Shown in pieces: positions 18,653 to 27,574 of a stretch of 64,000 nt of DNA; position 1 is the first letter of the stretch; each line of letters begins with the position of its first letter. The notes under the pieces are model-generated. The model was not told the origin of the DNA, made no database searches, and saw only the letters and a list, made by a program, of their open reading frames with translations. The stretch lies in NCBI GenBank assembly GCA_963803435.1, contig CAWDML010000003.1, forward strand, positions 992,001 to 1,056,000, read 5' to 3'. The stretch is from an uncultured delta proteobacterium (lineage in GTDB: Bacteria > Myxococcota > Kuafuiibacteriia > Kuafuiibacteriales > Kuafuiibacteriaceae). The translations under genes were made by a program, and so were the position numbers.

Positions 18653-20542
18653 TCAGATGAGGCCCTCCGCCGCCATCAGCCGGGCGATCAGCCGGGGTGG
18701 GATCGTCCCGTACGACACCATCTTCTCCAGGAATGCCTTCTGGTCGAAGTGATCTCCCGCCCTCTTTTGACCCCGGTGATAGATGTCGAACATCTCCTCG
18801 TAGCCGACGAAATAGGTCGACAGCTGGGTGGAGGTCAGCTTCGCGCGGCGGAGCTTGCGCGTCGCCTCGGCCTTCTCCTGGAAGCCCTTCTTCATCATCA
18901 GATCGAGGGCCCACTAATCCATCGCCTCCTCGTCCCCGGTGTTCGTGTGGAGCTTCGGATCGATCATCGCGTTGATGAACGTGCGCAGCTCCATCTTCAG
19001 GTGGAAGAGGAGGTTCTTCGGATCGCCCTTCGAGTAGCCGTCGTCGTGGAGGATCTGCTCGATCATCACGGCCCAGCCTTCGGCCATCGTGCCGCTCTCG
19101 AGGACCTGCTTCGTGATCGAGGCGTATTCGCTGTGGCTCGACCAGTAGAGCTGGACGTAGTGACCCGGGAACGCCTCGTGGATGGTGAGGGCCTGGAGCG
19201 TGTAGTTGTTGTACTCGCGGAGATAGCTCTCGGCGTCGTCGCTGCCCGCCTTCGGCACCGAGCTGATCCAGTAGCTCTTCTTGAGATCGGGCTCGAAGGC
19301 GGGCGCCGGGTTGTAGAAGGCGACCGCCAGGCCGTCGAGGAACGGCGGCGTGGGCTCGATGACGAAGTTGTCGGTCTCGGGCGGCAGCGTGATCACGCCG
19401 GCCTCCGTGATGAACGCCTTCACCTTGGCGACGGTCCGCTGGACGTCCGAGAAGATCGAGGTGGGGGTCCCGTGGTCCTTCGCGGCCTCCGCGATCACCT
19501 TGCCGACGACGTAGTTGATGCGCTCGTCACCGAGCAGATCGAGGTATCCGGTGTCGTCGGGCCACTGCTCGCGGAAGAGCGGGAGGGCCACGTCGTACAT
19601 CTGGGCCCGCGCCTTCTCGAGGCCGAGCTCCGCCTGGCGGTAGATGTCGTCGGCCTTCATGTTCGATGAGAGGGTGAGCGCCAGCTTCTCGTTCCACAGC
19701 TTCTGGCCGAGCCTCCAGTCGCCCGTGGAGCGCGGCAGCAAATCCTTCTCGAGGAACGTCTGCCAGTCCCCGATCGCCTTCACCGCCGCCGGCTTGAGCG
19801 CGTTGAACTCCTTCTCGAGCTGGGGGTGGGGCGCGAACAGCTTGGGGAGCTGCTCGGTAAACGTCTTGAGGTTGCCCGGGTTCTGCGCGATCACGAACTC
19901 GGTGAAGAGCTTCGGCGGGGTCTTCAGGTTCTTCTTCGCCTGCTCCAGGAAGCCGGGGAGGGCGCGCATCCGGCCCAGCACCGCCTTCAACCGGACCGGC
20001 CACTGTGCCGGATCCTCCGGTGGGATCGTCACGTAGTAAAACGCACCGCCGAGGGTCTGGTTGTACATGTTCGTGTCCCAGGTCTCGGGCTTCAGCTCGG
20101 TGAGGACGAACAGCTCCTCGGCGATCCGCGATTCGATCAGCTCGTGATCGATCGCCCACGAGGTCGACAGCTTCTTGCGATCGATCTTCTTCAGCTCACC
20201 GTCGAAGTAACGAAGCGTGTGCAGCGCGCGCTCGGTCCCGCGCGCCGACAGGTCGGGCAGGAGGTGGTCCCACTTGTGATAGCCGACGTACGAGGCGGTC
20301 ACGGGGCTCAGCTCCAGGGAGGCGTCGAGATATCGCTCGGCCAGCTTGGCCATCGCGCGGTCGGAGGCGTTCATCGGCGGTGGACCTCGAAAGTGGAACG
20401 GCGGTTTTGCGCTCGCACAGGAGAACGCGACCGTGAAGGCCGCCAGGCAGGTGAGGGAAAACCGCGGGGAATATCCGGAACATTCCGCAGCTTCTCCATG
20501 TCCGGAGGTTGGGCCCCGCAGGCGGAAGCGTGGCGCGTTCAT
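18653..20542 (-). pseudogene. DUF885-family lipoprotein interrupted by one in-frame TAG (18914-18916)
   Basis: IHEAFPGHY and EGWAV, then ...EAMD*WALDLMMKKGFQE...TQLSTYFVG continuing in the same frame. Start uncertain; the stop may be a sequencing error. Confidence 0.8.
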
Positions 20543-20585
20543 GGGCGCGGAAGCTAGCCCGTCTGAGGTACAGTCGTCACTGGCA

Positions 20586-21959
20586 ATGTCGCGCTCGCTC
20601 GCTTCGCGCCGCGCACGTTCTGTGTTCGGGATCCTCGCGCGGGGAAGGGAGCTGTTCCCGCTGACCAACCTCGGCCTCGGCGTTCTCCTCCTCTCCGCCG
20701 CCGCCTACTATGGCTTCGGCGTCCCGCACGCCGACTACGTGGTGCAGCTGGTCTCGGTGCTGGCGATGGCGCTGGTCGCGGCGGCCCTCGTCGTCGTGTT
20801 GCTCGGCGCCGTGCTCACCCATCGCGCGGTCGCCCGCTACGTCCGCGGCGAGGACGAAGCGACGCCCGGTCCCATCACGTTCGAGGCCTGCCGCGGGTGG
20901 GGCACCGGCTTGAGGGTCCCGCGCCGCGCCTGGTTCCCGCTGCTGGAGATGGCCTGGACCTGGGAGTCGCCCGAGGGCTTCCGCATCGCGCCCTCGCGGA
21001 TCGAGGGCGAGATCTGGGAGAACATCGAGACCCACCGCCGCGCGCTCGAGGAGCAGATCGTCCGCCGCTTCGTGATCGAGGATAGCTTCGGCCTGGCCCG
21101 CGTGGTCCTTCGACGCACCGAGCCGCGCACGCTGCGCGTCCTCCCGTACACCGGCAACCTGGCGCGCGCCCCCATCCTTCGCTCGCTCGCCGCCGGGGAA
21201 GATCTGGCGCACCCGGCCGGCGTTCCGCTGGGCGATCGGGTCGACATGCGGCGCTACGTCCCCGGTGACCCGCTTCGCCTCGCGCTCTGGAAGGTCTACG
21301 CCCGCACGCGACAGCTGATGGTGCGCACGCCCGAGCGTGCCATCGCGCCCGCGATCCGCGTGGTGGCGTACCTGATCTCCGCGATCGGCGACGAGCCCGC
21401 CGCCGCGGCCGCCTGCGTGGCCATCGAGGGCGGTCACCTCGGCGGCGACTGGCTGTTCGGCGCGGACGGCGGCGAGCATCCGACCAGCGATCCGGGCACC
21501 GCGATCGAGATGATCGTGCGCTCGCGAAACGTCCGCGACGGCGAGGCCGGCGGCGGGGCCGGCCTGCACCGGTTCGTCGAGCAGGCCTCCGAGGCCGAGC
21601 CGGTGCGCCTCGTCCTCTTCGTGCCGCCGGTCGCCGGGCCCTGGCTCGACCGCACCCTCGAGACGCTGCGCCGGCACCAGGGGAGCACGAGCGTGGTCAT
21701 CGTAACGGACGGCGTGCGGAACCCGGAGGCAGTGCGCCCGCAGAGGATCGATCGCGTCCTGCGGATCCCCGAGCCGCCCCACCCGGAGGACGAGAGCTAC
21801 ACGACCCCCGACGCGCTGATGTCGATCGCGCGCACGCTGGCCGCGACCGGCGCCGAGGTCACGGCCATCGATCGAGCGCACGGTCGCGCGCTGGGGCTGG
21901 GCGTTCGCGGCAAGACCCACCATGCGTACGCCGAGGCGCTGGGGCGGAGCGTCGCCTAG
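20586..21959 (+). CDS. DUF58-domain membrane protein
   Basis: Two N-terminal TM helices, DSFGL, and RRYVPGDPLRLALWKVYAR. Confidence 0.85.
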   Translation: MSRSLASRRARSVFGILARGRELFPLTNLGLGVLLLSAAAYYGFGVPHADYVVQLVSVLAMALVAAALVVVLLGAVLTHRAVARYVRGEDEATPGPITFEACRGWGTGLRVPRRAWFPLLEMAWTWESPEGFRIAPSRIEGEIWENIETHRRALEEQIVRRFVIEDSFGLARVVLRRTEPRTLRVLPYTGNLARAPILRSLAAGEDLAHPAGVPLGDRVDMRRYVPGDPLRLALWKVYARTRQLMVRTPERAIAPAIRVVAYLISAIGDEPAAAAACVAIEGGHLGGDWLFGADGGEHPTSDPGTAIEMIVRSRNVRDGEAGGGAGLHRFVEQASEAEPVRLVLFVPPVAGPWLDRTLETLRRHQGSTSVVIVTDGVRNPEAVRPQRIDRVLRIPEPPHPEDESYTTPDALMSIARTLAATGAEVTAIDRAHGRALGLGVRGKTHHAYAEALGRSVA

Positions 21960-21966
21960 GCGGACC

Positions 21967-24189
21967 ATGGCCACCTTCGCCGAACCCATTCGCACGCTCC
22001 CAGGCCCGGAGGAGCGGTCCGTGCCGAGGGGCGAGCCGGGGACGCCGGCGCTCGCGAGCCTGATGCATGCGGTGCTGCTCGCCACCGCGTTCGTGGTGTT
22101 CGCGTGGAGCATCGTCATCCCCGCCGGCCTGGTCGCGGGGGCGAGCGGCGCGTTCGCGGGCGTGTTCGTCGCCGAGCGCCTGGTCTCGCGCCGCTACCGC
22201 CTGCCGGTGATCCTGGCCGGAGCCGTGGCCGCGTTCGGCACCGGGATGCTGATGCTCCACCTGGTCGAGGGCTCGGAGAGCCTGGCCGTCCTGCTGTCGC
22301 CGACCCACGCCCTCGAGCTGGCGGAGGTGGTGCGCTGGGGGACCGTGGCGCTCGTGATCTCGGTGGGGCTCCGCGCGACCGCGCTCCGCTACCGCGCCAC
22401 GCTCGCGATCGAAGGCTCGGTGGTGGTGCTCGCGGTGGCCACCACCGTGGCCGCCCACCGGGACGGCATGATCGCCCGGCCGCTCGAGATCTCGGATTGG
22501 TTCTGGACGCAGGGCATCGACCCGGTGGCCGCCTTCCTCGGCATCGGGCTGTGCGCGGCGGTGCTCTTGGCCGGTGTGCTCGCGCACGGACGCTCGCGCG
22601 GGCGCACGCTGGTGCAGCTGTTCCTGGTGCTGCTCCTCGGGCTGTTCCTGGCCTCGCGGATTCACGAGCGGGATCGCGAGGCGCCCAAGAAGGACGCGGT
22701 CGGCAAGGCGCTCGACAAGAAGAAGGACGAGGATCAGCGCTCCGGCGGCGGGTCGGGCGCACCGCAGAACAATCGAGACGACGCGTTCAAGGACGACCTC
22801 CCGCGCGGCGGCAAGGGGAGCGAGAACAAACCGGCCGCGGTGGTGGTGTTCCACAAGGACGTCGAGCCGTTCGGCGGCGTGTTCTACTTCCGGCACGGCG
22901 CGTTCTCGCAGTTCAACGGCATCCGCCTGGTGGAGGCGTCCCGCCAGGACGTCGACGTCGACGCACGCCACGGCTTCCCGGTCATGGACCAGGAGGTCCC
23001 CGGGCCCCAGCGCGACGCCGCGGGCCGCACCGCGGTCGCGACCGACGTGGCGCTCTTGACCAACCACAGCCGCATGTTCGCGCTGATCGATCCGATCGAG
23101 ATCGGCCCCATGCCGAACCCCGAGCCGGCCCGCTTCCAGCGCGCCTATCGGGTGGTGTCGAACGTGATCGAGGCCCGCCTCACCGACATGCTCGGGGACG
23201 AGCCGGGCGATCCCACCTGGTCGGACGAGATCTGGGAGCACTACACCGAGATCCCCCGCGACGATCGCTATCATCGCCTCGCCGCCGAGCTGCAAGGCAG
23301 CCTGCGCGCCGAGTTCCAGGGCGATCCGCTCGCCGAGGCGCTGTCGGTCAAGGACTACCTGGAGAAGAACGCCACCTACTCGTTCGCGCGCAACTACGAC
23401 GGCGCCGAGGATCCCACCGCCGCGTTCCTCTTCTCCGAGGACAAGCGCGGCTACTGTGTCCACCTGGCCCACGCCACCGCCTACCTGATGCGTGCGATGG
23501 GTGTGCCGGCCCGCGTCAGCGCAGGCTATGCGGTGCCCGCCTCCAACCTGCAGGGCGGATCGGCGCTCCTGATCAAGCAGGGCGACGCCCACGCCTGGGC
23601 CGAGATCTACCTGAAGACCTACGGGTGGGTGCCGATCGAGGTCACGCCGCAGAAGACCGACGTGAAGCCGCAGCAGTTCGAGGAGAAGGATCTGCAGCAG
23701 CTGCTCGGCGAGATGGCGCGCAAGGAAGGACGACGCGAGCGCCAGTCGTATCAGGGGCCCCGCCTCGCGGATGTGTTCGCGGCGATCGGACGGTTCATCC
23801 CCTGGGTGCTGGCGGCGCTGCTCGCGCTCGCGTACCTGATCAAGATCTGGCGCCTCTGGGCGCCCTGGTTCGCGAGCGCCCGCGCCACGCCGCGCGTCGC
23901 CTACCGCGCCGCCCTCGACCGGCTCTCCGCGACGGGTCAGTTCCGGAGGCGCGGCGAGCCCCGCGAGCGATTCGCCAAGCGGGTGGTGGATCGGGCCCCC
24001 AGCTTCTCGCCGCTGACCGCGGCCCATGTGGCGGTCGCGCTCGGCTCGCACAGACCGCTGGCAGCCGCGCAGGGCACCGCGCTGGGCGCGCTGGCGAGGC
24101 GGGTCGGTCGCGAGCTGCGGCGGGCGGTGCCGATCTGGCGCTGGATTCTCGGACTCCTCAACCCTGTTTCCTGGATGTGGTCTCGATGA
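21967..24189 (+). CDS. Membrane transglutaminase-like protein
   Basis: Multi-TM N-terminus; GYCVHLAHA, GVPARVSAGY, AHAWAEIY, GWVPIEVTP. Confidence 0.88.
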   Translation: MATFAEPIRTLPGPEERSVPRGEPGTPALASLMHAVLLATAFVVFAWSIVIPAGLVAGASGAFAGVFVAERLVSRRYRLPVILAGAVAAFGTGMLMLHLVEGSESLAVLLSPTHALELAEVVRWGTVALVISVGLRATALRYRATLAIEGSVVVLAVATTVAAHRDGMIARPLEISDWFWTQGIDPVAAFLGIGLCAAVLLAGVLAHGRSRGRTLVQLFLVLLLGLFLASRIHERDREAPKKDAVGKALDKKKDEDQRSGGGSGAPQNNRDDAFKDDLPRGGKGSENKPAAVVVFHKDVEPFGGVFYFRHGAFSQFNGIRLVEASRQDVDVDARHGFPVMDQEVPGPQRDAAGRTAVATDVALLTNHSRMFALIDPIEIGPMPNPEPARFQRAYRVVSNVIEARLTDMLGDEPGDPTWSDEIWEHYTEIPRDDRYHRLAAELQGSLRAEFQGDPLAEALSVKDYLEKNATYSFARNYDGAEDPTAAFLFSEDKRGYCVHLAHATAYLMRAMGVPARVSAGYAVPASNLQGGSALLIKQGDAHAWAEIYLKTYGWVPIEVTPQKTDVKPQQFEEKDLQQLLGEMARKEGRRERQSYQGPRLADVFAAIGRFIPWVLAALLALAYLIKIWRLWAPWFASARATPRVAYRAALDRLSATGQFRRRGEPRERFAKRVVDRAPSFSPLTAAHVAVALGSHRPLAAAQGTALGALARRVGRELRRAVPIWRWILGLLNPVSWMWSR

Positions 24190-25217
24190 TGGAAGTGAAC
24201 TCTCTCGCGCCGATATCCCAGAGCCCGTTCGGGCTCACCGACGCCCACGAGGTGGCCCGGCGCCTGTTCGATCGCGTGCGGGCGGCGGTGCGCGGCCGGG
24301 ACGACGTGATCGAGCTGGTGCTCAACGCGCTCCTGTCCGACGGCCACATCCTCCTCGAAGACTTTCCCGGCTCGGGCAAGACCACGCTGGCGAAAGCGCT
24401 CGGCGAGTCGATGGTCGACGATCGGGACGAGCAGGAGCGCGGCTACATCGAGGCCTTCCGGCGGGTGCAATTCACGCCCGATCTGCTGCCGTCCGACGTC
24501 ACCGGGACCACGGTCTTCGAGCCGCAGACCGGGACGTTCTCGTACCGGCCCGGCCCGATCTTCGCTCACGTCGTGCTCGCCGACGAGATCAACCGGACCT
24601 CGCCGAAGGTCCAGGCGGCGATGCTGGAGGCGATGGCCGAGAAGCAGGTCACGGTCGACAACAAGACGCGCCCGCTCGACGCGCTCTTCTTCGTGATCGC
24701 CACCCAGAACCCGCTCGACCTGGCGGGCACCTATCCGCTGCCGGTGGCGCAGCTCGATCGCTTCCTCTTCAAGGTGCGGATGGTCCACATCGATCGCGAG
24801 TCCGAGATCGACGTCCTCCGCTCCATGCGGGAGCGGAAGACCGGGGGCCGCAGCCTCCCCAAGGTGCGGCGGAGCGAGATCCTGGCGGCGCGCCGGGTCA
24901 TCGAGGAGCAGGTCCAGGTACACCCGCTCATCCAGGAGTCGCTGGTCGACATCGCCCGCGCGCTCCGGGAGGATCGACGCGTGCTCCAGGGCGTGTCGAC
25001 GCGCTCGCTGGTGCTGGCCGTGCCCGCGCTCCAGACGCGGGCCATGATGTATGGGCGGGACTACGCCAACTCGGAGGACATGGAGGTGATCCTGCCGCGC
25101 GTGTTCGGGCACCGGCTCGAGCTGGGTGCCGGAAGCTCGGAGTCGGAGTCGGTGATCTCGGCGGCGATGGCGCCCTCGCTCGAGGCGGTCGCGCGCGCGA
25201 CCATGGCGAGGGTCTGA
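24186..25217 (+). CDS. MoxR-family AAA+ ATPase
   Basis: PGSGKT, QFTPDLLPSD, DEINR, ATQNP, AQLDRF. Confidence 0.95.
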   Translation: MMEVNSLAPISQSPFGLTDAHEVARRLFDRVRAAVRGRDDVIELVLNALLSDGHILLEDFPGSGKTTLAKALGESMVDDRDEQERGYIEAFRRVQFTPDLLPSDVTGTTVFEPQTGTFSYRPGPIFAHVVLADEINRTSPKVQAAMLEAMAEKQVTVDNKTRPLDALFFVIATQNPLDLAGTYPLPVAQLDRFLFKVRMVHIDRESEIDVLRSMRERKTGGRSLPKVRRSEILAARRVIEEQVQVHPLIQESLVDIARALREDRRVLQGVSTRSLVLAVPALQTRAMMYGRDYANSEDMEVILPRVFGHRLELGAGSSESESVISAAMAPSLEAVARATMARV

Positions 25218-25220
25218 GCG

Positions 25221-27273
25221 ATGCAAGCCGGGTTGACAGCGCTGGCGCTGATGCTCGCGGCCCAGGCGCCGCTGAGCGGACACCCGGTCGACCGCGAGCT
25301 CCACCTGCCCGGGCCGCCGCGCGCCGACGACGGCATGCCCAGCATCCGACCCGACTGCCGGGAAGCCGAGATCTTCGGCGGCACCGAGGTCGAGCAGGCC
25401 GCGCTCTGCTACGCCCGCTCCGCCGAGTTTGTCTCGGCGCGCACGCTGGCCGACCAGGCGCTCCGCGACAACCCGCGCTCGTTCCGCGCCCACTATCTGA
25501 TGGGGATCGCGCAGCACCACGGCGAGGGCAACCTCCCCAAGGCGCTCTTCCACCTGGAGACGGCGGAGAAGCTGTTCATCGAGCAGTACGGCGAGCGTCC
25601 GCCGCCCGACCTGATCGAGGCGAACGTCTACCACAAGATCCTGCTGCAGCTGGTCTACGTGCACGGCGAGATGGACCACCACGAGGAGAAGATCCGGTAC
25701 GTCGACGCGCTCTCCGAGCGGCTCGGCGTGAACGACGCGCAGCCCCTGAAGGCGTGGCCGCTGCTCAAGCTGAAGCGGTTCGACGAGGCGCGTGAGATCG
25801 CGAAGCAGGCCGCCGAGAGCGAGGACTTCTGGAACCGCGCGGTCGGTGCCACCGCCCTTTGTGCCGTCGAGAGCGAGCTCCGCAACCGCGACGCCGCCTA
25901 CCAGGCCTGCAAGCAGGCGGCGGAGCCGATCATGCGAAGCGACATGGATGGCGCCATCGAGCTCTCGAACGCCGGCGCGGCCGCCGAGGAGATGTTCGCG
26001 TTCGACGAGGCCGAGAAGCTCTTCCTCCAGGCGACCGGGCGCCACCCCGAAGGCTCCGTCAACCCGTGGGGCCGGCTGGTGCGCCTCTACCTGCGCCAGG
26101 GCCGCTTCGCCGAGGCGGTCACCGCGTGGCGCAACATGCGGGAGTACCGCAAGCATCGTCCGGCCAGCTACCTCGATCAGCAGGATCAGTCCGAGGCCGA
26201 TCTCATCGGCGCCCAGGTGCTCATCATCGCCGGCCGCGAGAAGGACGCCGCCGCGATCACGCGCCGCACGGTCGACCGCCCCGACCGGCAGGGCACCTCG
26301 AGCGCCGACTCCGAGCAGAACGAGGCCGGTGCCGCGATCATGGACATGGTGGTGCGACGGACCGTCGCCCGGCGGCTCCTGGAGGAGGCCTCGACCGCCG
26401 AGCTCTGGGACGGGCTCAAGCTGCGGGCGAAGGCGATCAAGCTCTTCCTCGAGGCCTGGGTCGACGAACGCCAGGCGGCCGACATCGTCGCCGACCCCGA
26501 GCGGCTCGTGACCTCGCTCCGCCCCGAGTGCCCCGGCTCCGTCGAGATGCCCGCCTGGATGGACGGCGAGCTGATCGACGTCGTCGGCCCGGGCGTGGCC
26601 CTCGCCGGGATCGCCGCCGGCCGCAAGGAGGAGACGCTCCCGCCGGCGCTCGCCGATCAGAATCTTCCTCACGCTGGAGACCGAGGCGCTCCTCGAGGAC
26701 GGCGATGAGGCCGCCGCCGTCACCAAGGCCGAGGCCGCCCTCAAGCTCCTCCCCGTCTACGAGGTCCTCCTCCGCGCCCGCGTCGCCGCCCTCGCCGGCG
26801 AAGCCTCCCGCCGCCAGGGCCAGCTCGACGACGCCCTCCGCTACTTCCGCGTCGCCCTCGCCGGCGACCCGGGCGTGGTCCGCCGCCTCGGCTTCACCAT
26901 CCCGGTCCAGCTGAAGAAGCTCGACGATACCGAGGCCGTCACCAAGGCGCTCGAGCTCCTGCAGCGCTCACCGCTCTTCGAGGCCGGCGACTGGGGCTTC
27001 GACCTCGCCGTCGGCGAGCAGACGGCGATCCTCGGCGAAGACGACGGCAGCCAGATCCTCACCATGCGCATCCCCGCCGGCCGCAGCGACTCCCCCGACG
27101 CCTCCGCCCGCCGCATCGCCCGCGCCCTCCACGCCGACCTCCTCACCCCCAACGTCGACATCACCCAGGCCGACATCCGCTCGCTGGACGGCTCCCTCGG
27201 CAGCGGCGGGAAGGCGAGCGACCACGTGAAGTCGATCCTCGACGAGGTGATGGAGGATCCGAAGGCTCCGTAG
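25221..27273 (+). pseudogene. Secreted TPR-repeat protein with a +1 frameshift at ~26661
   Basis: ORF 25221.. reads ...ALADQ, then continues in the +1 frame as IFLTLETEALLEDG...RYFRVALAGDPGVVRRLGF, joining ORF 26875..27273. Confidence 0.7.
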
Positions 27274-27574
27274 TCTGGATCACCGACGCCGGGCGGCTCA
27301 CCTTCGATGACGTCACGCACGCGCTTCGAGAGAAGTGCACTCCCCGCTTGTTCGGATCGGTGACGTTCTGGTTGAGGCGCTACCGGGCCCCGGCAACCAC
27401 CCCACCTTCGCCCGCTTCGACGTCATGCGCCGGCTGCTCGGCTCGGCCACCGCGCACGACCCGACGACTGTGCACGCAGAGTGCGGCGGAGCGCGGCGGA
27501 GCGCGGCCATCCACCCGGTGCAGGCGCTCACGCGCTGGATTCGGAGTGGGAACCCTCCTAGCATCGTCCTCCCC

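Noticed and set aside
18914-18916. Amber codon as pyrrolysine or programmed readthrough
   Set aside because: No pyl genes are in the window, TAG is a normal stop in many genes here, and a single-base change at a GATC site explains it.
22104-26744. Very long alternative and antisense ORFs (1037 aa, 935 aa; also the 1040-aa ORF at 60305-63427)
   Set aside because: These are shadow ORFs caused by high GC3. Only the MoxR (from 24186) and aspartate kinase (to 61645) portions are real.
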